64,000 nt of DNA from Moniliella sp. 'wahieum' (lineage: Eukaryota), in the NCBI GenBank assembly GCA_003971905.1, contig RSEE01000066.1:310001-374000 (forward strand), written 5' to 3'. The notes beneath the pieces are model-generated. The model was not told the origin of the DNA and did not search any database. It saw only the letters and a program-made list of their open reading frames with translations. This document shows positions 48,080 to 61,138 of this stretch, piece after piece. Position 1 is the first letter of the stretch; every line of letters starts with the position of its first letter. A program made the position numbers and the translations under genes.

Positions 48080-51027
48080 ATGGCGTCGGTGTCTTCCTCT
48101 CACGTGGCGCTTGGGCGTGTGCTTGGCGTCCCAAACGGCAGCTCCCACTCCAGCCCCAGCTCCGACGCTGTCCACTCGGCCGCCGTCGCAATCCGCAGCA
48201 CCAAAGACGGCTCTTCTGACTCGCCAAATGGCCCCCGCCTCGTCCTCCTTCGCGGGCCCTACAGCACCTCCCCCACATACATCACCGCCATCCCCAGCAC
48301 TCTTGCCCAGCTCGAGCACAAGGCTGCTCGTCTCTTCCGTCCCCCACCCACAGCTGCAGCCGCGCCTCCCGACCATCAGCTCCGTGTCCGCATCCTGCTC
48401 GGGGACCATGGCCAAGCCCAGCTATGTCCCGATGCACTGCCCGCACTCCGCCACCGCGAACTTCTCATTGCGCGTTTTTTCTTTGCCCCCTCTCCATCTG
48501 CCCCGGTCTCCCTTGCAGACCACCGCCGTGCCGCTCGCCGTGTCCGTTTTGCTCCTCTGCCCCCCTCCCCATCCGACCAGCGTCGTCCAACCCCATCCAC
48601 CGCAGTAGCCAAGCAAACCCAATCCACCATGTCTCTTGAGGGACAAGACACCTCCTCTTCTTCCCTCTTACGTGCAGGCCCGTCCAGGTCGGCTTCTTCT
48701 AGCCTCTTCTGTCCGCAACGACACTCCAACTCACAGTCCCCTACCCTCGGCCCAACAACTCGACCACACGGTCCTCGCCCCTCCCACCCTGTCACCCCCA
48801 CCCCTCCACTCCCACCCACACCAAACCAAGCGCCCAGGCGCCACGGGCCGCTTCATTCGCTGCCCTTCTCTATGCCTCAGCCGTGTCTCCGCCCGAACAT
48901 GGCAGTACTGTTCTGGCCTGTTCTCCCCAGTCCACGCCCACGCCCACCATACCGACCGCACTGGGCTCGTCTCTTGATCCGCCGCAAGAGACGCTTTTCT
49001 ATGCCAAGGGGTCGATGGGGCCACTTTCCTCACCTTCCCACAACGCCGGGGCGCCAGAGCAAACGGAGAGTGGAATTCGTCCCCCTTTTGCCGAGGCAAA
49101 GCCCGTTGCGTTGGACCAGGGGTGCCCTTCCCCACCCGTTCCCGTTATTCCTTCCTGTGCGAATGACGCTGGTACATGCGCCCAAGCCGCGTCACCTCCG
49201 GTTGCACCAGTGGAGTCTACAGTGCCCCTGCCTCTAACGACTCCGTGCCTCGGCCCTCCTCGCCAAGTCACTCCTTCCTCATGTGCGCCGATCGAGCCTT
49301 GCCTCGCACTTGCAGAGGCAGACGCAGAGGGGTTGCTATCTCCTTCCGGATTGTCCGAGGAGGCAATTGGGAAGGCAGGGTCGATGCGAGCACTCGTGGA
49401 TCAGGAGTCCCCCAGTCACCAGACCGTGCACCTCCCCACGCCCCCGCGCACCGGGTGACCCCTCGACCTCCCCGCTCGCCGACGGGTGAGATGGAGCTGG
49501 CCTCATCCGACACGGTCGTAGACGAGGAAGAAGTGGGTGCCAAAGAGGCACACCAGGGTTTGGCTCTGTCGCTCGCCGGTGCACATTCTCATCTTACTTC
49601 TGAGGTGTGGTCTCCCGAAACGCCGGTGTGCAAGTTCCTTCTCGGCCCACCCCGTTTCCATCTACGTCCGGGCCGGCCATTCAAGCTGACGGCTTCTGCG
49701 CCCCCCGTGCATTCGGGGCCACAAGGTTCATCGTCCTCGTTGGCCGCACTGCCCCGCGGGACAGAGGCGAAGAATGCCCTGCCGTCGCTGCCGTCGTCCC
49801 CTTCTTCGCCCCTCTCCTCGCCTTCTTTGCCGCCACGGGTTCATGCTACGCGCTGTGCCATCCCTGCTTCGGACACGCTGCTCTCTTTCGTTTCGTCGGA
49901 CGAGGAGGAATTGACGCCCATGCTAGAGATGTCAGATCGTCTGCGCGTGCGCATGCCACGATCTCCTTCGCCCACGCACACTTCTGCCTACCCAATCCAG
50001 TTCTGCCCGGGCCACACCATCACGCCCCCAAGACACAGAAAAAGTGCACCCGGAAGAAGAGCAATGCTGTCCAACGCCATCCTCCTCTCACCCCACCATC
50101 CGTCTCGCGCAGGCGATCCACTCTTCACGACACAACGAAATCAGCCTCTCGTTCCTCCTGGCTGCCTACACCGTCTTCACGCAAACGCCGTTCTGCGCCG
50201 ATTCTGAGCGGGACTTGCTGTCCCCTCCGGAGTCCAAGCGCGCACGGCGCTGGCCCCGGGTTACTACCAGGCTGATGCGCTTGGGAAAAAAGGCGCCAGA
50301 CCTGTCTCCGCTATCGCCTTCCCCGTCGCCTTCCCCGTCGCCTTTGCCTCCCACCTGGGCGGAAGCAGTCGAGAGCGAGGAAGATGTGCAGCAATTTCGT
50401 CCCTTGCTCTTAACGCCCCGCACGTTTTGCCTTACCTCGCCCTCGGTTCAGTCCGGCCCGCGCTCCTCGCCTTCGGATCGGCCCCTCGAGTCTCTCTCGT
50501 CGCCTGCTTCGTCCGTCCGGCCAGCCACGATTGACGCTACCTTCCAACCGGCCTGGCGCTTGCTCAACGCCGTTCTCGCCCACCCTGCCGCCCAATCCTT
50601 CCAACACTCTTACCCCGCTTGGGCGGATGCGCCACCCGAGTGTCCTCCAGGTACGTTTCCTTGTGCCTTTGCCGTTGGCTTTAGTGCCCGGTGAGCGTGT
50701 GCTGGTATTGACGCGATTGTCTCTGGGGTGCCCTGGGCAGACCTTCCCTCGATCCAGGCCAAACTGCAATCGGTCCACCGAGCCCACCTCGGCACGACCG
50801 ATCGGGATGCGCCAGAGCAGACTGACGCGACCCCCGACTCGCCTTGCCCTTTGGATCTGGTCGCCGGCGACCTCGCCGCGCTCTGCTGCCATGCGCACCT
50901 TAGCTCCTCCTCGTACTCGCCCCGTTTTGCCCACGCGCGTACGTTGGGCACCTTTGCCCGCCGGTACGCTGCCCAGTTGCGCACCAACCCTGCTGCGCCC
51001 GCGCCGTTCCCCATTGGGTCCAGGTGA
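48080..51027 (+). CDS. Pro/Ser-rich protein with C-terminal degenerate bromodomain-like fold
   Basis: After removing intron 50651..50740: LLNAVLAHPAAQSF..PPDLPSIQAKL..DLAALCCHAHLSSSSYSPRFAHARTLGTF follows the bromodomain helix pattern; upstream ORFs stitched over frameshifts. Confidence 0.55.
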
Positions 51028-52496
51028 CCGGTGGCCTAGCTCACCTCTCCCGCCCCCCCGCGGCGTCCCGTCGCCTTGCGCGTCTACGCCACTGAAGTGT
51101 CACGTCTATGTACCTTGCACCTCGTACGTCCCGCTCGGCCTGCGCCCGTGTCCCAGCTACAGACACCCGGCGTTGGGACCGTTGCGCTGGCCTGCCCCCC
51201 ACCCCAAGTCGGGGTGCCGCCGCGTTGGTCGTGCTTTAATTTATGTCGGTCATCATGCGCCGTGTGGCATGGGGCAGGGGGCAGGGGGCAGGGGGCATGT
51301 CAGAGCCTCCTTCTTTGCTCCCCTCGAACGTTTGGCAGGACCGCAGATGCAGATAGACTGATGGCCGGCATCCCAGGTTGGATGAAAGCGCAGCGCAGCC
51401 GGAGACGATTCGGGTACAGTTGAGGCTTCAAGTTGAAGGTGGAAGCGTCCGCAGTGGGCGGGCCAGCGCAAGGGTGGCACGTTGCAACCATGTCACTTGC
51501 CAGAGCGCGGCGCGCATCCGCTCGGTTGGTGGCCCACTCGTCAACCGGCTGTCGAAGGTCTCTCGCGCCGCCAGCTCGTCCAGCTCAAGTTGAGCCCAAG
51601 CTCCAGCTTCATTACGCGCTAAGGTTCTTGTGCTCATCACAGATAAGGTAGCACGGTTAAACGTTACCGTTATTCCCATCGTCTTATATCAAAGCCTAGT
51701 AGCCAGTTGTCCTGCTCATCGCCCACCAACGAACCCACTTCTTCAGCCCGCAACCAACGATGTCTGTTCCGCCGCTTGTTGTCCGCCATGCCTCCCACAC
51801 CGGTTGCGTCCAAGGCACATCACAGTACCGACAGAGAAGCCGCAGCGAGCGCGTCCAAAACGACCGCTGCGAAGAAGACACGTCCACGTCGCCCGTTCGT
51901 ACAGCAACATGTCTCCATTTCGTCGAGGAGATGCAGAGGGCAGGGCAGCCCGGGGTAGTGACTTTGCTTCATTGTGTAGCGTGACGCGTCCTGAGGCATT
52001 TCTCGCCGCAGCCGAGCGCAAGGCGCGATGGGGTGCTGAGGTAAGGCGCGCGTGGGAGGCACCGCGGGCGGTGGAATGCACGGGGGATGCATGGTGGCGC
52101 AGCAGCTGCGGGCTAGGGTTGGCGCTGGGCGCCTGCGCTTGTCGGGCCCTGGCACAGCGCGAGGCAGGACGCGCATTCAGGGGCCGAGCGGCACCGCGCC
52201 AGTGTGCGTTGCTCTCGTTGGTGCGGCGCCACACGGGCGCTGTGCTGAGCGGCCCAGCGGATCACGTGGCCGCCAGGGTTGCATGCGCCACGGCCGCCTC
52301 TCCTGCCGCCTGCTTTCACATCCGCTTTCCGCTTTGCACCCCCTGCCACCATCGCCACCCCCGTCGCCACCGCCATCGCCACCGCCACCGCCGCTGCCAT
52401 CGCTGTCTCCCCCTAGCAGGACGCGCATTCACCCACCCACCCCCTCCCCAGTACCCCCCTTGCCCCTTCCCCCTCCCCCTCCCCTACCCCTGCGCC

Positions 52497-55400
52497 ATGT
52501 CGGGCAACGTCAAAGTCGTTGCGCGCTTTCGCCCTCCCAACTCGCTCGAGATGCGGGAGGGCGGAGACATTGTGGTCGACTTTAGCGCAATCAACCCAAC
52601 CGACCCAGGCGAGCATACAATCAAGCTTCTTGGCTCCACCAACTCAGACGCTCTCAATGGCTTTACCTTTGACCGTATCTTCCCCATGGGCACCCCCCAA
52701 CGCGATGTGTTTGAGTTTGGCATTCGCGACACCGTCGATGGTATGCTCCCCTCTCCTTCCTTGGTGAATATTGGCGCCAGCGTAACTGACTCGCTTCTCC
52801 AGACGTGGTCAATGGCTACAACGGCACCATCTTTGCCTACGGCCAAACGGGCTCGGGCAAGACATTCACCATGATGGGGTCCGACATTGATGATGAAAAC
52901 ACAAAGGGAATCATCCCCCGCATTACTGAGCAGATCTTTGAGTCGATCATGGTCTCGCCCCCCAACCTGGAATACTTTGTCAAGGTGAGCTACATGGAGA
53001 TCTACATGGAGAAGATCCGCGACCTGCTGCAACCGCAGAACGACAACCTCCAAATCCACGAGGACAAGGCACGTGGGGTGTATGTCAAGGGATTGACGGA
53101 CGTGTATGTTGGATCGACGGGTGAGGTGTATGAAATTATGCGGCAAGGAAGCTCGGCCCGCGTCGTGTCCTACACCAATATGAACGCCGAATCCTCTCGC
53201 TCCCATTCCATCTTTGTCATTAGCATCCAGCAGCGCAACACCGAAACGGGCAGCTCCAAGACCGGAAATCTGTACCTGGTCGATCTGGCCGGTAGCGAGA
53301 AGGTGGGAAAGACGGGCGCGAGTGGTCAAACATTGGAAGAAGCCAAGAAGATCAACAAGAGTTTAAGTGCGCTGGGCATGGTGATCAATGCCCTGACCGA
53401 CGGCAAATCGGGGCACATTCCGTACCGTGATTCCAAGCTGACACGTATCCTGCAAGAATCGTTGGGTGGTAACTCGCGTACAACGCTGATTGTCAACGCA
53501 TCCCCTGCGCATTTAACCAGGAAGAGACGCTGTCGACGCTTCGGTTCGGTGTGCGTGCCAAGAACATTAAGAATAAGGCGCGTGTCAATGCGGAAATGTC
53601 GCCAGCCGAGCTGCGGCAGGCCCTCAAGAAGACCAAGGCGGAGGCAGACCGGTACAAGGCGTACATTGCTGCCCTTGAGGCCGAGATCAAGATCTGGCGT
53701 GCGGGGGGCAAGGTTGCCGAGGCGGATCGGGCGGATGCAACCAAGGTGGGCACCTCGGCCGCGGGCCACCAGGCCACCGGCAGCACTGCCTCCACAACCA
53801 CCAGCAAGCTTTCTGCGCCCAGCAGCAAAGACTCTACCCGTCCCACCAGCCCAGCTGTGGAAGGGATTAAGGACCTTACCTCTCGCCCCGATACGCCAAC
53901 GGTGGTTGGCCTCGACAAGGACGAACGCGACGAGTTCTTGCGTCGGGAGAACGAGTTGGCGGACCAGGTGACGGAGAAGGAAGCGGCGCTCAAGCTTGCC
54001 CAAAACCATCTGTCGGAGGTCCAAACCGAGCTTGCGTTCCTTCGTGAACAGGAAGAGACGTTCAACAAGGAGAACAAGGCGTTGGCCACAGAGATGAACG
54101 AGGTTAAACTTGAGCTGGAGCGGATTCGCTACGACAGCAAGGATTCGACCATCATGATGGACATGCTCAAAGAACAAAACGCCGAGTTGACGGTCGAGGT
54201 GGAGGAGCTGAAGAAGAATTTGGCTGCCGAGACGGCACAGACGGCCAAGGATGCGGCCCAAGAAGAGCGCAAGGAACGCAAGAAGCAAGAGAAGATGGCC
54301 AAGATGCTGGCCGACTTTAGCTCGGGCATCCTCACCGAGCGTGAGGAGCAAATCCGTGCCACCCTTCTCAAGCTTGAGACGACGGCGGGAGCGTTGAGCA
54401 AGGAGGACATGGGCATGGTCCGTGAGCAGTTGCTCGAGTCGCAAACGCTGGTGCGGGAGCAACAGGAACTGCTGACGCAAGCACAGGAGGAAAACGACTT
54501 GCTGCTCCAACGGCGGGAAGAGACCGAAGTGCGCCTGTCTGAGCTCGAAGCGGAATACGAAGAACTGATTCAACGCCAAGTGCGCGATGCCCAAGCGAAC
54601 CAGCAGGGTGGCGATGTGGAAGCGCTGGTAGAGGATCTCAAGTCCAAGCTCGAGGTGCAGTATTCCAACAAGCGCCAAGCTCAAGCCGATGCGCTCACTG
54701 ATCTGCAACACCAAGTCGACCTGAAAGCCAAGGAGATTGCCTCGCTTCGCACGGCGAACGAAGAGCTGAAGAATGGCAACGAAGAGCTGAAGCGCGCGTT
54801 TGCCATCACGGCAGCCGGTGTCGAGGGAGGCAAGAACCTTGCCGAGTCGGCGCGTGAGATGGAGCGGGTGCGCAAGACAATGGCCAACCAACTGGCCGAG
54901 TTTGATGTGATGAGAAGAACTTGATGCGCGATCTGCAAAACCGATGCGAGAAGGTGGTGGAACTGGAACTGTCGCTGGACGAGTCGAAGGAGCAGTACAA
55001 CAATGTGTTGCGTTCCAGCAATGCGCGTACCCAACAAAAGAAGATGGCCTTCCTGGAGCGGCAGCTGGAGCAGTTGGTCGATGCGCAACAGCAGCTCGTG
55101 GCCCAGAATGCGGCGCTCAAGACCGAGGTGTCGGTGGCGGAGCGCAAGTTGGTTGCGCGGCAAGAACACATCCGTGCACTCGAGGCATCCCTCACCGAGT
55201 CGCAAAACAAGCTGGCGGCGCAGAACCGGAGGTACGAGCAGCAAATGGAGGCGGTGCGGACCAAGCTGGCGCATGCGCGGGAGGCGCGCGCCATGGCGCC
55301 CACCAACCCGTATGGTCGGATCGCCAAGCCGCTGCGCGGCGGCGGCGGCGCTCCGCTGCCGGTCCAAGCAGGTGGAGCGGTGGCGGTGCCGCGCGTAGCG

Positions 55401-55568
55401 TCAATCAACCCGGCGCAAGCGCAGGCGCAGGCGCACCACCGCACAGGCTCGACCATGGGCTCGCCCTCGGCGTATGGCGAGGCGGGCTCGCTGCGTGCGC
55501 GGCCGGACGCGGGCAACTCGATCAAGAGCCGGTCGAATTGGTTCTTCTCGACGTCGAAGCAGGTGTGA
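52497..55568 (+). CDS. KIN1: Kinesin-1 heavy chain (conventional fungal kinesin)
   Basis: [69 protein letters not shown]; coiled-coil stalk; [15 protein letters not shown] and autoinhibitory [10 protein letters not shown]; intron 52741..52802; frameshifts near 53510 and 54920. Confidence 0.97.
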
Positions 55569-55937
55569 GGGCGGGCCTGCTGCTGCGTCGCAGGCGCCGG
55601 CTGTGTTGGACGAGGCGGAGGAGGCGGAGGAGTGAGATTGACATGCCATAGCAGCGCCATGCGATCATCCCACGGTGGCCCCAGGCGTGTGGCGCAGTAG
55701 CTGAAATTTCAGGTGGGGGTGTGGGGGGCGGGCACTAGGCCGCAGGGAGATATATGTGCGCTGCATGGAGGACGTAGGACGCATGGCCCAGACGCCTGGC
55801 TGGCGGCGTGGCTGTGTGCCTGTGTGGCTGGTGGCTGCTGATGCGCAATGCTTCATGCGCTGCTGGGTTCCCACTGCCGCTCTCAGATCTCAGCTCTCAC
55901 TCTCAGCGCGCACGCCGCACCGCTCTCTGGCCCCCTC

Positions 55938-55981
55938 CCTCTGCCTCTGCCTCTGCCTCTGCCTCTGCCTCCGCCTCCGCC
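55938..55981. repeat. (CCTCTG)n microsatellite
   Basis: Five perfect units plus degenerate CCTCCG units. Confidence 0.85.
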
Positions 55982-56002
55982 TGCCCGCCGGCGCACATGC
56001 CC

Positions 56003-57008
56003 ATGGCGAGCCCCCGCCCGCTCCGCTCGCCCCAGCGCCCCGCTCCCGCCCCGCCCGCCGCTGTCCCCGCTCCGCACCCGCCGCGACCTGCCCCCGCTCG
56101 CCGTGGCCGTTGCGCCCGCCCAGGCGCCGCTGCCTGCCGCCTCCCACTCCCACTCGGCCTCAAGCTCGCCCCACCCGAACGCCACTCCTCCCCGCCGCCC
56201 TCTCCAGGGCCTATGGTTCCCCGCCCCGACCCCGACCCCGACCGTGGTACTGCCGAACGCGGGCCAGCCGCCCGCCTGGCCCGCGCCGCCGCCCCCCGCC
56301 CGACGCACCGTCTGTCTTGCCCCCTCGTCCCAACCCACCCTACCGCTACCACTACCACTACCACTGCCGCTGCCGCTGCCGTCGCCGCTGCCGTGTCACT
56401 GCCACTGTGCGGGCCCGGCGCCGTGCCGCCGTGCTCGACTCGCTGCCGGCTACGCAGTCGGACTCCCGCCCGCGCTCACGCCTCTTGTCCTGGGACACGC
56501 ACGCCGGCCCCCTTTCGGCGCCTCCGACAATGACCAGCTACCCCCCTTCTGGGCTGGGCATTGGCGTGTACCGCGCCCCGCCGGACGTGACGGCGCCCCA
56601 CGAGATCCCGGATTGGTTGACGCGGTGCTGGATAAGATGGAGTGTCTGGGCACGATACGGAGACCACGAGCGATCGTCATTGTATGCTCTCTCCTCTGCA
56701 TGTCTATGTGCCGCGTGTGGGCGCTGTGATGCTGACCCCGCCCGGCTCTGGTTTTGCTGCAGTGGACAAGATCATAAGTCGCGTGGACGAGTTGTGGATC
56801 GGATTACAAGTGAGTACACCTGGGCCCGAGGGACAGGGGAAGGAGGGCAAAGCCATGGGCACGGGCTGGACAGAGGAAAGGGTTAGGCGTAGGATACCTA
56901 CAACGAGCGGGCGAGACCAAAGAGAACACGTTGCGCTGACCTTGTCTTCTGGTTTGCATGTTGGGATTCGTCTGGTTTGGGTGGTGTATTGGATTGGGCC
57001 AGCGATGA
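56003..57008 (+). CDS. Pro-rich protein with C-terminal HSBP1-like coiled coil
   Basis: Introns 56682..56762 (GTATGC..GCTGAC..CAG) and 56810..57002 (GTGAGT..GCTGAC..CAG); reconstructed DVTAPHEIPDWLDAVLDKME..SDRHLDKIISRVDELWIGLQR*; needs frameshift repair. Confidence 0.5.
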
Positions 57009-59148
57009 TCCGTCAGTACTCCCAGTCCTGAGCGGCGGGAGGGGGGGCAAAAGAGTGGGAAGGCATGCTTGTGCTTGGGCTTGTGCTTGTGCTTGTCTGT
57101 TGTCTGATGCTTGTTGGGCTGAGGCTCTGCCCCCTTTGGACACCTCCCTTCCCGCCCAGCCTGCACCCTCTCCGCACGCTCTTCTCACATGCACATCAGA
57201 TACCAGTTCGATACCCTGTTCTGCATCCGCCATGTTCGTCTCTCTCACCGCCACACCAACACCAGCATCCGATAGATCCATGGCGCACTTCGCTCTGCAG
57301 CGGGATGAGGGCAACTCTCCCTCTCCTTCCTCGCTGCGGTCTGGAACGTCAGGGGCATCCGTTACCATGGTTCGATCCCGCCTGACCTTCTTGGAGGTCA
57401 AGCGTTCGTTTTCTTACCCTGCTCTATTACCCTTGTCCTATGCGCCTCCACTATGGTCCTCGATTTTGTCCCTGTGCCTCTACCTCTACCTCGGCCCCCA
57501 TCGCCGCCGCCTGTACCACGGCAAAAATGGCTAGCTGGTCTCGCGGCGGGGCACCAGGACCAATGGGACGCTTACTGTTCCTTGTCTCTTGCGTGGGTCG
57601 GATTGGACTTCCGTGTCTCCTCCGGCCCCTCTTCCTCGTTCCGTAGCAGCGACACCGACACGCGTCGTAGTACAGCCTAGTGGCAGTCACTGGTCAGCTA
57701 TACTACGCCACCACAAATCAGAGCGCTGGGCAAGGGGGAGGAAACCAGCCAACACACAGGTCACCGGTCATGATCCTGCACGCCGCACGACACATCTCAT
57801 GGTATTACATGTAGTTGGAACTGTTGGGACGGCGGTCCCGTACATAGGCCAAGGCACCTTGATGCGACCTGGAGTCCTGATGGCCCTCGAGGGTGACAAT
57901 CGCACGATGGTGGTGGTGGTGGTGGTGGTCTAAGCCAACCAACAACGCCTGCAGAGGAAAACAGCAAGCAGCGAGTCGCCGCCATGGGCTAAGCTGCGGA
58001 CAAGGAAAAAACAGAGAGAGAAAACAACGGAACTCCCAGGCCTGAGGAGGAACTGAAGGGACATTGGCCAAGCACGAGCCACCCGATGGTCAACACACCT
58101 TATTACCCTTTGCCCCTTATGTGACCTCGGAAGCCTCAAGTGTATACTCCGGCTTGTCCGAACCCCGATGGCATAAGGCTTGACCTTAATCACCACCACC
58201 GCGATTGCATTGCTCTACATTTCCAGAGGTTCTCCACCCACATCCTTGGGTTCCGCCCGTCTTGCAATTACCTGATGCAGGCCTCTTTTTCCCAATTCAG
58301 TTGCTGCAGTACCAGTTGAACTGGGGGGGGATTCGGATAATGTTCTTCTCCCCGCAACAATCCCATTTTCGGGGTTTTATCATCAGTGCAGCACACACCG
58401 GATGAGTGTACCGACCTGGCCTGGCAGGGGCAGCGTTTCTTCGTCCGTCTTCAAGTCAAATTCTGCAATTGCTCTGCCAATCCACATATAATTGCGAAGC
58501 CCATCTAGTACCTCTGTAATACAAGAGTTCCCACATGTTTCGGCCCGATGAAGCTGATGAAGAGGGTCACTTTGTTCCTCATACGCCGAGTCCTGTTTGT
58601 AACTTAGTCGTCAATGTCATGAGCGTTATCGACTCGGAGCGAAGAAGAGTAAGGAGTAGGATGAACGACACTGTGCATCCCCGGTGGTAGCTCTTCTACC
58701 GACGACAAAGGGGAGTGTAGTGAGGCGCGGAGATCGTTAAAGGGGCACAGAGTTTTGAAAATGGGGCCGGGGAGGCTGTGGGCTGTGATTCCCGGCGGGG
58801 AGGGTGTTAATATGCAGGGGGGTTCTCGGCGCAGGATAGTGCCAGGGGCTGTGGGCACGGACTAGCAGTGGCGAAAGGCTGGGCGGCTGCGGGCCGACGC
58901 GCGCACTGCACATATTCGGCAGCAGTGGGCCGATGGATGGAGGCAGAGACTAACCCCCGAGTACAGAGTGTTCGGTAGTAGTAGTGGCTTTCCGATGGGC
59001 CAGCCGGCTCGACGACGACGGAATGCACGGGGGAACATTGTATCTTGGTGCCGCCGACACCACAGGGGACGGGAGAAAATGAGATGAGACGCAACAGCCA
59101 TCTTTGCCCCTGCTTCCCCCCCGCCCCATCACCACCTTGGCCCTCGGC

Positions 59149-61138
59149 ATGCCACCCAGCCGCGACCGAAGCGCCCCCCTGCCCGACCTCCTCGCCAGCC
59201 TCGCACGTACCGCTCAGGGCTCCGTCGCCCCCGACGGCTACTTTGTCCGCGGCCAGCAAGTTTATCTCGACACCCTGCGCGCCGCCACGCTCATCCAGGC
59301 CTGTGCAGCTCAGTTGCGTCAGCGGGGGCTCGACTCGCCCCTCCTCTTCTCTGCCTCGCGGTGGACCAGACGGTCGACGGGTGCGATGCGCTGCTTGCTG
59401 CGTACCTCCAGTTGCCTCCCACTCGTCTCCCGCTCACAGAAGAGGGGGGGTTGGTGCTGCCACATTGCCTCCGCCACGTATCCTCCCGCCCCGCTTCGTC
59501 AGCGAAGCACACATCGCGACCCCTCACGACCTAAGCGCTTTGGTCAAATGGGCGCTGAGCCGGATCTCTCATCACCACACTGTCCTTCCTTCTGCCGACC
59601 CTGCATCATCGTTCCAGGAAAAAACACCCCCACCCACGGCTGTGGCCCCCATTCGCCAACCAGGCTTTCTGCTGATGGACATGTACCTCCAGTGGCGTGC
59701 TGACGAGCGGCGTGAGTTGTCCTTTTCTTCCCTCGATTCTTGTGCTCATACCATGCATCTGACTCACGTTGACGTTTGGCACCGCGCCCTTCCCAGGCGC
59801 CGGCTACCCATCACTGCCTTTGACCTCTTTCTGCAGAGCCTGAGACGGAACGAGGCGGCGCTGCTTCAAACCCTCTTTTCTCTCCTTTCCTCTGTCATGG
59901 CCCACTCGATGCAGAACGGGATGACGCCCTCTCGAATCGGCCGCTTGTTTGGCGCGTTGCTCTTTGGCCTACCCACCGATGCCCCCTTTGATACAACCTA
60001 CGCCGCCTTCATTCGCACCAGCAACGCCGCCGAACACCTCTTGCTCTCCTACGTCCGCCAGCTTTCTCATAATGTCACAGGTTTGCCACCAGGCCTGAAA
60101 GAATACGTGTTCAAGTATCCTCATTGCTTCTCTTCCGACCCCAACCACCTGCCAGATCACATTGCTTTAGAACCCATCACCATGCTAACCCGGGCGGTGC
60201 GTGTGTTCAGCCCCGACTTGGTCCGAACTGCATGCCAACCGCCGTGGAGTCGATGGCAGACGAACTCTTCCTTCGAGCCCCAGTGGTCTGAGACGTTCCA
60301 CAAACTGCTGCCTGGGTACCCTGGTGGCCCACGTACGGAGCCCAAGGCCACCACGTTTGCCCAAGAATCGTGGACCAATTTGCCTCACACGGCTTTTTGG
60401 CGACGAACGAGCCAGCATCCGCCCTCACACTCCCTTCCTCTTCTTTAATACAAAGATCCCCCCCGGCCCGACGACCGGCAACGATGGACCGACTTTACTC
60501 AAGACGGATTCAATCGCTCGGGCCAGGCAACCTTGCAATTGGCACTTCCATCTGACGAGGCAGACTTGGTGTTACCCTGCCAACGGCCCGAGGAAAAATC
60601 GACCTGGGAGGCAGCGTACGAGCTGGCCAAAGGCAAATTGCCCCCCTTGCCCGAAGAGGATGATGAGGAGCAAAGTGATGATCCGGAGCCGATGCGTGCC
60701 TTCGACCCTCTTTTCGCCCAGGTCTGGGCGGACTATCTACTGGGTGGAGGGTGGAGCGACCGAGCCGAGATTTTGCATCGCCAAGCTAACTGGGCCTTGG
60801 TGCAAACCGTTGGCGCTACCGAACAGCACAATGGCCACAGGACCGACCCTTGGTTTGTTGTCGCCGAGACCATTCCGCCCACCTACCGGGCTGCGTTGAC
60901 TGGCGCGACGATGGGGGGAGATCGTAAACCGCGCAAGTTGTTGCGCCCATGGGTACCCTGGACCTGGTCCAGCAGTCACGCCAAGCCTGCTGCGATGGGG
61001 CCGGGCCAAAGCGGCGTTTCCACCCTCTCAGCAGCAGGCCCATCACCTCACTCAGTTCCAGCTCTAAAAGGCGGACTGGCACATCGGCTGGCCTCCCTTT
61101 GGCCCTTTCGCAAGCGCCAGTTTGATTCTGATACATGA
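59149..61138 (+). CDS. Msb1/Mug8-domain (DUF1708, RhoGAP-like fold) protein
   Basis: LIQACAAQLRQRGLDSPLLF, PHDLSALVKWALSR, YLQWRADER, LLSSVMAHSMQNGMTP, YAAFIRTSNAAEHLLLSYVR, FAQVWADYL; intron 59712..59796; frameshifts. Confidence 0.8.

Noticed and set aside
53326..54891. 521-aa antisense ORF
   Set aside because: Shadow of the kinesin coiled-coil codon bias; the same applies to antisense ORFs over RPL18, bL19m and VTC1
57200..57385. GTTCGA words resembling tRNA T-loops
   Set aside because: Flanks do not form T-stems or a cloverleaf
57950..58860. Lower-GC minus-strand stretch with a ~70-codon open frame (EVLDGLRNYMWIGRAIAEFDL)
   Set aside because: Could be a fragmented gene, but no start, splice model or family could be supported
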